Source: Candidatus Latescibacterota bacterium
Lineage (GTDB): Bacteria > Latescibacterota > UBA2968 > UBA8231
DNA: 64,000 nucleotides
Assembly (NCBI GenBank): GCA_965242865.1
Contig: CBDETK010000008.1
Coordinates: forward strand, 56,915 to 120,914
Direction of reading: 5' to 3'
The position numbers were made by a program, and so were the translations under genes. Positions 1 to 9,315 of this stretch are shown here, one piece after another. The notes beneath the pieces are model-generated. The model was not told the origin of the DNA. It searched no databases and worked only from the letters and a program-made list of their open reading frames with translations. Each line of letters begins with the position of its first letter. The stretch's first letter is position 1.

Positions 1-985
1 GGGCCAGCACCTCCCGGTGGAACCGGTCCAGGCGCTCCGCGTGCCGCCCGGGGATGTGCCCGTACCCGAACTGCTTGCGGATCACGCTGCCGTTCTTGCT
101 CTCCGCCAGGGCGTTGTCGTTGCTGCGCCGCGGGCGCGACTTGGTGAACTCCTCCACGCGCAGCTTCTCCAGCAGTTCGGCCACCTGGTAGTTGATGTAC
201 TCGGACCCGTTGTCGGAGTGAAACCCATGCACGGCAAAGGGGAACGACGCCAGCAGCCGCTCCAGCACCGGCAGCAGGTAGCGTTCCGAGATGCGCTCCA
301 CGCAGCCCGTGAACTGGTACTGGGTGACCTCGTCGACCGCGTTGATGTGGTACACCCCCTTGACCTTGTCGAGGTCGCCCTGATGCACCGAGTCGACCCG
401 CACCCAGCCCGGGCGGCCCTCCGGGCGCGGCTTGCGCCGCTCGCCGATCGGCGTCGGCGCGGGGCGCGTGCCGTCCAGGTTGCCGAGCACGCGCACGTAC
501 GCCTTCGAGTGCCGCAGGTTGTACAGATGGCCGTGGGAGATCCCCGCCAGACGCTCGTAGCGCTCGTCGCCGAAGACCTCGAAAGCCCGCCGCAGCAAGG
601 CCATCGTGGCCGGGCCGGACAGCGTGCCGTGCAGCGCGTCCGTCTCGGCCAGCAGCAGGATGTCGTCCCGCGTGTAACGCCGCCGGAACGGTCGCGCCGC
701 GCCCTTGCGCCCGTCCGCCAAGCCCCCTTTCTCGATGTACGCCGCGATCAGCCGCGCCACCTGCGCCCGCGACAGCCCCGTCGTCCGCTGCAAGTACGTC
801 CGCAGCAAGCCCCGCTCCGCCCGCTTGGGCAGCTTCCAGTACGAGAACCGCCGCACCGTGCGCTCCACGTGCGCGTACGCCTCCGTGCGCGACGGCGCCA
901 GCGTCGCCTCCGGCGGCGTCGCCTCCAGGAACTGACGCACGTCCGCCAAGGTCCTGTGCGTCGCCAGATCGATTTGCAAGATCAC
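1..985 (-). CDS. DDE-type integrase/transposase (rve catalytic core), 3' part runs off the window
   Basis: Open at the window edge, so absent from the ORF track. Reverse-strand translation from GTG at 985 (in-frame stop at 1028-1030) reads ILQIDLATHRTLADVRQFLE, then HTH-like LSRAQVARLIAAY, then VDSVHQGD ... HSDNGSEYINYQ ... NDNALAESKNGSVIRK. That is the D,D,E arrangement of retroviral-integrase-fold transposases. ORF 17..1024(+) is its antisense shadow. Confidence 0.8.
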   Translation of the reverse strand, partial: MILQIDLATHRTLADVRQFLEATPPEATLAPSRTEAYAHVERTVRRFSYWKLPKRAERGLLRTYLQRTTGLSRAQVARLIAAYIEKGGLADGRKGAARPFRRRYTRDDILLLAETDALHGTLSGPATMALLRRAFEVFGDERYERLAGISHGHLYNLRHSKAYVRVLGNLDGTRPAPTPIGERRKPRPEGRPGWVRVDSVHQGDLDKVKGVYHINAVDEVTQYQFTGCVERISERYLLPVLERLLASFPFAVHGFHSDNGSEYINYQVAELLEKLRVEEFTKSRPRRSNDNALAESKNGSVIRKQFGYGHIPGRHAERLDRFHREVLA

Positions 986-1015
986 CCTCCGATGATCCGC
1001 GCATCCCCTCCAGAG

Positions 1016-1077
1016 CCTCGTTGAGGCTCATCTCTCGTTGGAATCAACCCCCTCGTTGAGGCTCATCTCTCGTTGGA
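1016..1077. repeat. Two perfect 27-bp direct repeats (1016-1042 and 1051-1077, 8-bp spacer), probably subterminal transposase-binding sites
   Basis: cctcgttgaggctcatctctcgttgga occurs twice, between the transposase start (985) and lipA. Confidence 0.7.
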
Positions 1078-1206
1078 GAAGACTCAGTGATAGCTGGTTG
1101 TACGATAAAGGCCAAGGTGCCGGGCCGCGGCGCTTCGCCACTGGCCCGCCGCCCGAGCGACAGCGTGAGTGGATTCGTCCCGATCGGCAACCTGCGTGCC
1201 AAGCCG

Positions 1207-2121
1207 ATGGTTCCGCCGCACGCGAAGCCCTTGGAGAACCCGGCCGGTCCCAGGCCGCGCTGGCTCCTCGCTCCCGCCGCTACCGGCGAGAACTACCAGC
1301 GCCTGCGGCGCTTGACGTCGGAGTTACGCCTGCACACGGTCTGCGAGAGCGCGGCCTGCCCGAATGTCGGGGAATGCTGGAACCGGCTGAGCGCGACATT
1401 CATGATTCTGGGCAATGTCTGCACGCGTCGTTGCGGATTCTGCGCGGTCCAGAAGGGGCCTCCCGACACCGTGGATTACGACGAGCCGCGCCGAGTCGCC
1501 GAAGCTGTCGCGCAGCTCGGATTGCGCCACGCCGTGATCACTAGCGTCAATCGGGACGACCGGGAAGACGGAGGCGCCGAACTCTTCGCGATGGTCATCC
1601 GCGCGATCCGTGATAGGCTCCCGACTTGCACGGTGGAGGTACTCGTCCCGGACTTCCAAGGTGCTCGTGCCGCGATGGACATCGTCCTCGATGCGCGGCC
1701 CGATGTGCTGAACCACAACGTCGAAACGGTCTCTCGTCTCTATCGGGCCGTCCGCGTTGGTTCCGATTACCAGCGGTCACTGGGCATGCTGCGCTACGCC
1801 AGCGCGCAAGTGCCTGCGATGCCGACCAAGTCCGGCATCATGCTCGGCCTGGGAGAGACTTCCGAGGAGATTCGGAGCACCCTGTCGGACTTGCGCGACC
1901 ACGGCGTCTCGGTGCTGACGATCGGCCAGTACTTGCGACCCTCCCCCGATCACCTCGCCATCCAGAGATTCTACGCACCGGAGGAATTCGACGAGTACCG
2001 GGAGTTGGGTTACCGACTGGGATTCCGCCACGTGGAATCCGGGGCGCTGGTGCGCAGTTCGTACCACGCAGACGAAGGCGCTCACGCATTGAGCGCGCGA
2101 GACGGTGCCAAGCCTTCTTGA
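1207..2121 (+). CDS. lipA: Lipoyl synthase
   Basis: CESAACPNVGEC (auxiliary cluster CX4CX5C) and CTRRCGFC (radical SAM CX3CX2C). KPLENPAGPRPRWL N-terminus is typical of LipA. The longest ORF starts at 1087, but ATG at 1207 fits homolog length better. Confidence 0.93.
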   Translation: MVPPHAKPLENPAGPRPRWLLAPAATGENYQRLRRLTSELRLHTVCESAACPNVGECWNRLSATFMILGNVCTRRCGFCAVQKGPPDTVDYDEPRRVAEAVAQLGLRHAVITSVNRDDREDGGAELFAMVIRAIRDRLPTCTVEVLVPDFQGARAAMDIVLDARPDVLNHNVETVSRLYRAVRVGSDYQRSLGMLRYASAQVPAMPTKSGIMLGLGETSEEIRSTLSDLRDHGVSVLTIGQYLRPSPDHLAIQRFYAPEEFDEYRELGYRLGFRHVESGALVRSSYHADEGAHALSARDGAKPS

Positions 2122-2153
2122 CGGAATCGGTCTCGAGCAGGCGAAGGTGGGAA

Positions 2154-2240
2154 TGGTGCCCGGAGTGGGACTCGAACCCACACGTCCTTGCGGACAACGG
2201 ATTTTAAGTCCGTTGCGTCTGCCAATTTCGCCATCCGGGC
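2154..2240 (-). tRNA. tRNA-Leu(TAA): tRNA-Leu, anticodon TAA, long variable arm, CCA encoded
   Basis: The reverse complement folds by hand: acceptor GCCCGGA/TCCGGGC, D arm GCG..CGC, anticodon stem ACGGA/TCCGT with loop CTTAAAA, 15-nt variable arm, T arm GTGGG-TTCGAGT-CCCAC, then ACCA. Confidence 0.93.
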
Positions 2241-2347
2241 TGACTGCACCTGCTTTCATTGTAGGGAGTGGCCAATACGTCCGGATCGGTCCCGGTCGGG
2301 CTCTCCGCGAGTCGCCGGGCCGGACGGGCACGAAGGAGGGTTGACCC

Positions 2348-3916
2348 ATGCGCAGCAAGCTCCGTTCTTGGCGGCTATCCGCCGTTCTAGCGACTCTCGC
2401 CTGCATTTCGATGCACGGCTTGTCCGGCGGTTCGGCGTCGGGCGCGACCGTTGGATCGGCCGAAGATTGCGAGCGCCTCGGCGAACTGACCAACAGCGCG
2501 TACTCCATCCTCTCGGCGGAGTTCTTGCAAGCTGGCGACGAGGTCGCGGCACGCTGCCGCGTTGTGGGCGTTCTGCCGCCAGAGATCGTTTTCGAGGTCG
2601 TCATGCCGGCTGCTTGGAACGGTCGCATCTTGATGCAAGGCAACGGGGGTTACGCCGGGACGTCACCAAACTCGCGAGGACGCAGGCAACGGTCCGCGAG
2701 AGTCGCTTCGCAAGGATTCGTCTCGGTCTACACGAACACCGGTCACGACCGGGTCAACGAACCGCTGGCCACGTTCGCTTTGAACAATCGCCAAAAGGAG
2801 ATCGACTACAGCTTCCGGGCCGTGCATCTGACCATCGTCACCGCCAAGGAACTCACCGAGACCTATTACGGGCGCCCGGCCAACTACAGCTATTGGCAGG
2901 GCTGTTCCACCGGCGGTAGGCAAGGCTTGATGTCCGCCCAGCGCTTCCCCCGCGACTTCGATGGGATCGTGGTCGGCGCTCCCGTGCTGAACTTCACGGA
3001 TACGCAGATTTCCGGGGCATGGAACGCAAAGGCGTTGGAGAATTCGGGGATCGGGCTGGACAAGATGAAGATCGTGGCGGACGCCGTCTACAGCCGTTGC
3101 GACACGCTCGACGGCCTGCAGGACGGACTCCTGGACGACCCCCGCAACTGCGACTTCGACCCTCGCCGGGATCTGCCGCTCTGCGAGTCGGGACTCGGAG
3201 AGGCTTGCTTCACCTCCGACCAGATCGAGGTGCTCGAGAAGGTCTACGGCGGCGTGATCAGTCGCGGCGAGACGCTTTTCCCCGGATTTCCGTTCGGCTC
3301 GGAAGCCGCTCCCCCAACCGGGCGGCGGCGCACCAGCGGCTGGGCCGGGTGGCTGGTCCAAGGGGACGGACCTTCCCGGCAGCAGGTCTTCGCCGAGACG
3401 TTCCTGCGCTACATGGCCTTCGAGCCCGACGACCCCGATTACGACTGGCGCTCGTTCGACTATGACGAGGATCCGCATCGGATGGACTTCATCCGTTCGA
3501 TTCTCGACGCCACGGATCCCGATCTCGGGCGATTTCGAGACGCCGGAGGCAAGATGCTGATGTACTTCGGCTGGGCTGATACGGCGCTCAATCCGATGAT
3601 GGGCGTCGACTACTACGAAGCCGTGCTGGAGGAATCAGGACCGGGAGTGGAAGACTTCTACCGGCTCTTCATGGTGCCGGGCATGTACCACTGCGGAGGG
3701 GGTCTGGGGGTGTCCCAAACCGACTACCTCGGCGCTCTGATGAAGTGGGTGGAATCTGGCGAAGCCCCGGAACGCCTCGTGGCCGCGAGGGTGGTCAACG
3801 GCAGGAGCGAGATGACGCGACCGCTGTGTCCGTATCCGCAGATCGCTCAGTACGACGGCAGCGGGGACCCGAAGTCGGCGGACTCGTTCGCCTGTACAGA
3901 CCCACCCGCGCGGTGA
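2348..3916 (+). CDS. Tannase/feruloyl esterase family alpha/beta hydrolase, secreted
   Basis: N-terminal signal peptide. GCSTGGRQG nucleophile motif and about 520-aa length are typical of the tannase/feruloyl esterase family. Confidence 0.85.
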   Translation: MRSKLRSWRLSAVLATLACISMHGLSGGSASGATVGSAEDCERLGELTNSAYSILSAEFLQAGDEVAARCRVVGVLPPEIVFEVVMPAAWNGRILMQGNGGYAGTSPNSRGRRQRSARVASQGFVSVYTNTGHDRVNEPLATFALNNRQKEIDYSFRAVHLTIVTAKELTETYYGRPANYSYWQGCSTGGRQGLMSAQRFPRDFDGIVVGAPVLNFTDTQISGAWNAKALENSGIGLDKMKIVADAVYSRCDTLDGLQDGLLDDPRNCDFDPRRDLPLCESGLGEACFTSDQIEVLEKVYGGVISRGETLFPGFPFGSEAAPPTGRRRTSGWAGWLVQGDGPSRQQVFAETFLRYMAFEPDDPDYDWRSFDYDEDPHRMDFIRSILDATDPDLGRFRDAGGKMLMYFGWADTALNPMMGVDYYEAVLEESGPGVEDFYRLFMVPGMYHCGGGLGVSQTDYLGALMKWVESGEAPERLVAARVVNGRSEMTRPLCPYPQIAQYDGSGDPKSADSFACTDPPAR

Positions 3917-4055
3917 GCCTGTTCGGTCGTGCTTGAGGGGGTGGGTCCAAGGGTTCGGTGGAGGCCGGTGGATCAGCAATCGCGAGATAGGGTCTCAGTC
4001 AGGTCGATCTGCTGACGACCCTCGGCAGTCTGACAGCTTTCTTCCATTCGGATCC

Positions 4056-4083
4056 TTGCAGTCCATGTCGCACACTGTATAAT
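4056..4083 (+). promoter_or_regulatory. Sigma70-like promoter upstream of the methyltransferase
   Basis: TTGCAG (4056-4061), 16-nt spacer, TATAAT (4078-4083), about 68 nt upstream of ATG 4151. Promoter rules in this lineage are uncertain. Confidence 0.3.
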
Positions 4084-4150
4084 GGTATTCGCCTGACGGC
4101 AAAGAAGTAGGCCTTTTCCCGCGTCCCCTTGACGCCCGAGTCCCGAAACC

Positions 4151-5596
4151 ATGGCGAGAGCCCAGTTGCACGAACAGCGCGACATCATCGCAGAGCCTGT
4201 GATTCCACCTGTCACGTCTCCTCACGCTGGCGAGACTACGGCGCGCCAGCTGCTGAACGACCGCTTCGGGGGCCGGGTCGCATTCGACCCGGAGTTCACT
4301 CGTAGAACAGTCTCGTACCAAGGCAACCGACAAGTCCCCGGACTGCGCTGGATGAAATACAAAGAGGGATTCTCCAGAGCCTTGGTGGACTACCTGCTGG
4401 ATGAGTACAAGCCGAATCGTGTACTCGATCCGTTCGCTGGGATAGGCACCACGCCGCTGATCGCCGCCGGTCGGGGAATGCAGGCCACCGGAATCGAGAT
4501 CATGCCGGTCGGGGTCCTCGCCGGTGCCGGAGTTGCTGCAGCTGCTAACGGATTGTCGAGCGTGGCTATCAAGAACGCCGCGGATGCTATCCAGAATCGG
4601 TTGGGGTCGGCGCGGCCCGCTGCACGCAGCCATGCTTTCCCTCACGTGCGGATCACCGAGGGGGCCTTTCCAGCCGAGACTGAGAGCACCATCGGGAAAG
4701 CCCGTGAGTTCATCGCAGGAATGGAGGACGGGCCGGCGAAGACGCTGGTGAATCTTGCTTGTATGTCCGTACTCGAGGCCGTGAGCTTCACCCGGAAGGA
4801 CGGCCAGTACCTCCGCTGGGATACCCGATCCGGGCGCAATCTGCGGGCCAGAATGCACAAGGGCCCCATTCTGTCGTTTCAGGATGCCCTTGAATCACGT
4901 CTCTCAGAAATAGCTAGCGATTTGGAATTCGTCAAGCGCAAGTATGGCCGTGGCAGCCCTGAGCTTGTGAACGGCTCCTCCCTTGAACTGCTCCGAACCA
5001 TGCCCGACGCGGCATTCGACATGGTGATCACGTCTCCGCCGTATGCGAACCGTTACGACTACACCCGAACCTACGCGCTGGAACTGGCTTGGCTGAACCT
5101 AGATCAGACTGGTTTCGCTAGGCTCCGGCAACAGATGCTCTCTGCAACTGTTGAAAACCGGAGCAAACTCGATGCACTCAGTGACCTGTACGCTGACAGG
5201 CCGGACCTCCTGCAGCAGGCAGTCACTAGGTACGAGAAGCAAGCGGCTCTTCACGAAGTGCTACGCATACTGAGAACGCATGCCGCCGAACTTGGCAACC
5301 GCCATGTTATACGGCTACTGGAGGGATATTTCCTAGAGATGGCTCTCGTAGTGGCCGAACTTGGGCGCTTAGTGCGACCGGGTGGCAACGTGATCATGGT
5401 CAACGACAACGTGCAATACCATGGGGAGGAAATTCCGGTCGACTTCATTCTTGCCGACCTTGCTGAGCAATCGGGGTTCACCTGCGCGAAAATCTGGACA
5501 CTAGCTCGTGGCAAGGGAAATGCGAGCCAACAAATGGGGCGGTTTGGACGTCGCGAGATCCGCAAGTGCGTCTACCGTTGGGTTCGGGAACGATGA
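4151..5596 (+). CDS. Site-specific DNA amino-methyltransferase (N6-adenine or N4-cytosine)
   Basis: Motif I VLDPFAGIGTT lies upstream of motif IV DMVITSPPYANRYDY. Stop TGA 5594-5596 overlaps the ATG of the next ORF. Confidence 0.85.
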   Translation: MARAQLHEQRDIIAEPVIPPVTSPHAGETTARQLLNDRFGGRVAFDPEFTRRTVSYQGNRQVPGLRWMKYKEGFSRALVDYLLDEYKPNRVLDPFAGIGTTPLIAAGRGMQATGIEIMPVGVLAGAGVAAAANGLSSVAIKNAADAIQNRLGSARPAARSHAFPHVRITEGAFPAETESTIGKAREFIAGMEDGPAKTLVNLACMSVLEAVSFTRKDGQYLRWDTRSGRNLRARMHKGPILSFQDALESRLSEIASDLEFVKRKYGRGSPELVNGSSLELLRTMPDAAFDMVITSPPYANRYDYTRTYALELAWLNLDQTGFARLRQQMLSATVENRSKLDALSDLYADRPDLLQQAVTRYEKQAALHEVLRILRTHAAELGNRHVIRLLEGYFLEMALVVAELGRLVRPGGNVIMVNDNVQYHGEEIPVDFILADLAEQSGFTCAKIWTLARGKGNASQQMGRFGRREIRKCVYRWVRER

Positions 5597-6504
5597 GTGG
5601 ACACAAGGACCTGATTCGGCGCTCGAAGTTTCTTTCGGAGCGAATCAGACAACGCACTGACGTCAAGATGAGAGGGCTCGTCGACGACTTTCCCGCTCCG
5701 CTCGATTTCCAAGACAGGGAAGACCTGCTGATCAGCCAGTCTGCTTGGGAGTACGTAACCAAATCAGGAATCAAGCTGCAGCAAGTCTTTGCTCACCCTG
5801 ACTTACTGCGGATGCACCCTGAAACATCGCTTTATTACCGCGGGCTCGCACTGCTTCCATTGAAAAGGGTGCGCACAGCAGTAGGAGTTGAAGTGAAGTA
5901 TTGGGAGAAGGGCTTGGTTGAGAACCTGCCGATGGAAAGCGCAAAAGCAGTCTGTCGCCTCTACAACAGCGTCGTTTCCTCGATCATCGAAGGAGCTACT
6001 GACTGGACGTTGGAAAACGGCTACCGAAACATAATGCACAGCATCGGGATAACGCTCGACGGAGTATTCCGGAACACCATAGGCCAAGATGCCGAGCGAC
6101 TGATAAAAACCAAGATTGAAGACTGGCTGCGCGAGCATGAAATGATTGTAGAGCAGGGATCTCGAACTGAATTTGTACTCGCAGGTGGTGTGAATATGAT
6201 TTATGGGAGTGACCCCGACATCCTGTTCAAACGGCTAGGACGACAACTAGCCACCATTGAAATCAAGGGTGGCAAAGACCCCGCTGGCGCACTCGAGCGC
6301 CTTGGTGCCATGCAGAAGAGCTTCGATGCAACGCCTGCCACTTGTCAGAACATCCTAATTGCAGGCGTCGTTACGGCGGAAATGCAGACCCGACTCGAGC
6401 AGCTAGGTGTCCGTAGCGTCTTTATCCTTGACGACCTCTTGAATGACGACGAATGGCGCAGATTCACTCGAGAAGTATTCCATCACATACTTCGACTTCA
6501 TTAG
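5593..6504 (+). CDS. Putative type II restriction endonuclease, partner of the upstream methyltransferase
   Basis: ATGA start/stop overlap with the MTase. Visibly AT-richer than the flanks. PD-(D/E)xK-like signature SDPDILF ... ATIEIKGGKD. No other recognisable domain. Confidence 0.55.
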   Translation: MSGHKDLIRRSKFLSERIRQRTDVKMRGLVDDFPAPLDFQDREDLLISQSAWEYVTKSGIKLQQVFAHPDLLRMHPETSLYYRGLALLPLKRVRTAVGVEVKYWEKGLVENLPMESAKAVCRLYNSVVSSIIEGATDWTLENGYRNIMHSIGITLDGVFRNTIGQDAERLIKTKIEDWLREHEMIVEQGSRTEFVLAGGVNMIYGSDPDILFKRLGRQLATIEIKGGKDPAGALERLGAMQKSFDATPATCQNILIAGVVTAEMQTRLEQLGVRSVFILDDLLNDDEWRRFTREVFHHILRLH

Positions 6505-7124
6505 GGATCTCCCCTAGGTGACTTGGTTGGTAATTACCTAGGCACCAGTCAACATGACCTATGGCCAGTTAAGAATGTTAAGGGATTTCCAGCTCTTGAG
6601 CCCCAATGCGGAAGCTGTCGGAATCCTTGATCAGTCTCAATCGGATCCTTTCGTTGGGGCAGATCGGACTGCTCGCGCGGGTTGGGAACACCAAGATCCA
6701 GACCGCGCGCGAGTGTGCCCTCGCCGAACGCTACGCTTTGCCAGTGCAAGTCGTGATCCCAGCTAGTTGTCCGCCACGAAGCAGCCCATTCGACAAAGGT
6801 TCGCGCAACCCGCGCGGTAGCCCGCCACAGCGCTCCTCGCTGCGTCCGTGCCCGGTTGCTGTGGGGCCAAAACCATTAACCCGGCCGCTGGCCGGCTACG
6901 ACTCTCCGGCGAGTGTTCTGCTCACCCAAAGGCCTTGTTTCACTTGGTCTTGTCACGAAGCGACTGCCGCGACCGACCGTAGGCGTCATGTCGTCTGAGG
7001 CAGATTGCTCGGACTTGGTTGCGGTCATCGGGTAACGCTTGGTACCAGTCCGCCCAGCGATGCCGGGATCAGGCTTAGGTTCGCCCTAGCGATTCTGCCT
7101 TCAGAATCGACAGATCATGAAGGG

Positions 7125-7310
7125 GATCTGGGCTACCGGACCAATCGGAAACTCAATGCTCGTGAGATGAGTCGGTTGCAGACGTTTCCCGACGGCCTCG
7201 AATTCGATTGTGGACGCACGCATGTCCAGGAGTTGCTCGGGAACGCCGTGCCCCCGCTGCTGGCGGAGGTGCTGGCGGAGGTGCTGGCGCGAGAGATCCG
7301 GAATCAACTC
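7125..7310 (+). pseudogene. C-terminal relic of a DNA cytosine-5 methyltransferase (motifs IX-X only)
   Basis: Within ORF 7005..7508: RKLNAREMSRLQTFPDGLEFDCG ... LLGNAVPPLLAEV matches the conserved R.LT.RE.ARLQ.FPD ... GNAVPP C-terminus of Dcm-type enzymes. No PCQ or ENV motifs upstream in any frame. Confidence 0.6.
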
Positions 7311-7519
7311 TTCAATGGTGCCACCGATCCACGCCCTCTCAAACTGATACCCCCAGTGGGGTCACAGACACCGCCTCGGGAAACGGTCGGGCCCGTGCCA
7401 GTGCAGTACCGTCAGCTGGTGGTGGAGCATGCCGATCGCCCGGCAACAAGCAAGCGACAGCCGCAAGGCGTTCCTACCCGCCGTCCCGAGCCCGGTGCGG
7501 TCGCATGATCGAAGTCAAT

Positions 7520-8734
7520 TCATGCTTCTTCGCCGCTCGGGGCCTCCGCCGACCGCTCGGCTTCCCTCAGGTCGTTGAATTCGTGCAACATTTCGGCCAG
7601 GTCGCCTGGGATGTATACGCGATCATGGCTGATGTCCGAGGTTTCTTCCACGAGTTCGAGTTGCACGAGGCGATCCAAAGCCCTTCTGACCGTACGCTCA
7701 GAGAAATCGGTCTTGGCCACCAGCCATGACACTGGGGCTAGGGGCTTCTCCAGCAGTGCCTCGTGGACCATCTGGGCCGACAGCACTCCCTCTTCCATGC
7801 TCTGGATCTGCTCCCGCGTCCTTGCGACCAGAACGTTGGCACGTGTGATGGCCTTCAAGGCCCATTCCGCCGCGTAGATCGCGGCGTCTGCGAAGAATTC
7901 AAGCCACAGTGTCCAGTCACCTGTCTCGCGGACGGAGTTCAGCAGGTGGTAGTAGCGTTGCTGGCGGACACAGATGTAAAGACTCAGGCACAGCAGGGGC
8001 TCCCGCAGGACCTTCGCTTCATGGAGGATCAGCGTGATGAGTAAGCGCCCGATCCGGCCGTTCCCGTCCAGAAAGGGATGGATAGTTTCGAACTGGAGAT
8101 GAGCGACCGCCGCTTTGACCAGCGCCGAGTCCTCTCGACCCGACTCGGGTTCATCGTGCAAGAACAGTTCCAAGTCACCCATGTGCTCCAGCACGTGATC
8201 GGCCGGCGGCGGGACGAACGCGGCGTCTCCCGGACGCTTGCCGCCGATCCAGACTTGGCTCCGCCTGAAATCGCCTGGAGTCAAGTGCATGTCACGCTCA
8301 CCCGAGAGCAGCACCGCGTGCGTCTCCCGCAGCAGGCGCAGGGAGAGCGGAAATCCCTCATCAAGGCGTCGGAGTCCGTGGTCGAATGCGCGCACAAGAT
8401 TCAAGACCACGTCGACTTTGCCCCACGGATTCTTCGCAACGAGGTTTCCCTCAATCTGCACGAGGTCCCGCATCTGGGCGAATAGATGCTCGATCCTGGA
8501 AGAGAAAACCGCTTCCTTGCGGACGAGCACGAATGCCAGCAAGGACTTGGCCCGAGAGTGTGCCGACGTAGCGCTCAAGCATTCGATCGCGTAATCAGCT
8601 TCATCGAACTTGTCCACCAGATCTGCTGTCCATTCGATGGGCGGCCGCGGCCGCAGTAGCGGCGGAATAAACGCTTCCACCTTCTCGCCACCCGTGATGA
8701 CCGTCTCGTAGTGTCCGTGCTGATCGGCATGCAT
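7520..8734 (-). CDS. Fic family protein (Fic_N + Fic core + C-terminal winged-helix-like tail)
   Basis: Canonical Fic motif HPFLDGNGRIGR. N-terminal EAVFSSRIEH helix resembles the Fic_N inhibitory helix. AGGAGG RBS precedes the ATG. Confidence 0.9.
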   Translation of the reverse strand: MHADQHGHYETVITGGEKVEAFIPPLLRPRPPIEWTADLVDKFDEADYAIECLSATSAHSRAKSLLAFVLVRKEAVFSSRIEHLFAQMRDLVQIEGNLVAKNPWGKVDVVLNLVRAFDHGLRRLDEGFPLSLRLLRETHAVLLSGERDMHLTPGDFRRSQVWIGGKRPGDAAFVPPPADHVLEHMGDLELFLHDEPESGREDSALVKAAVAHLQFETIHPFLDGNGRIGRLLITLILHEAKVLREPLLCLSLYICVRQQRYYHLLNSVRETGDWTLWLEFFADAAIYAAEWALKAITRANVLVARTREQIQSMEEGVLSAQMVHEALLEKPLAPVSWLVAKTDFSERTVRRALDRLVQLELVEETSDISHDRVYIPGDLAEMLHEFNDLREAERSAEAPSGEEA

Positions 8735-9315
8735 TGAGTTCCAGCCTCCTTTTTACAAGATCCTTGTCATACGATACCGCGAAGCGGGTAGCTCGAGCAA
8801 GCGGCGTCCATGGAACGCTGCCGAGCGAGGTCCCGTAGACGCCTCTCTGCCTACCCCGGGCCGCCTAGCGGCAACTTCCGCCAATCACCGACGGATGGAC
8901 GGGACGCGTCGGGCTCGAGAGCCGGACCGCCGTCGTTCGCCAAGACCCGGGAAGGCAATTTCAATGCATCGCGGGCGAAGATCTGACGGCTCCCACTCGA
9001 CAGAGCCCGCCGCACGCTTCCACCATGTCGCGCTCAACGTTCGTCACCTCACCCTCCTCCTTCCGTGCCGTGCCCCGAGCAACTCGAATCCCGGCCGGTG
9101 AAGGTTTCTTCAGTCTCGGTACGGTCAACCATCGCGGCGGTTCGCGCGGGACCGGCCCTCCGAGGGCGTTGCATCGCGCCCCAAGCGCAAGCATCGGCGC
9201 GGTTGCAGCGAGTGCCCGCAATCCGTTGCTCGGCAGGCGATCGGGGCCGCAGTTCGACCCCTGTACTCGCATGCGGTGTGGTACGCTTACTGGCCGAATC
9301 CCTAGGAGGATTTTC

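Noticed and set aside
17-1024. 335-aa ORF on the + strand
   Set aside because: Arg/Pro/Gln-rich, with no motifs. It is exactly antisense to a clear rve-type transposase reading frame, so it is a high-GC shadow ORF.
6650-6725. Possible Vsr (very-short-patch repair) relic: ...LARVGNTKIQTARECALAE compared with the Vsr C-terminus LGWRVLIVWECAL
   Set aside because: Only ECAL and one Gly align, and a gap is needed. No other Vsr motifs (FVHGCFWH etc.) appear in any frame. A chance match cannot be excluded.
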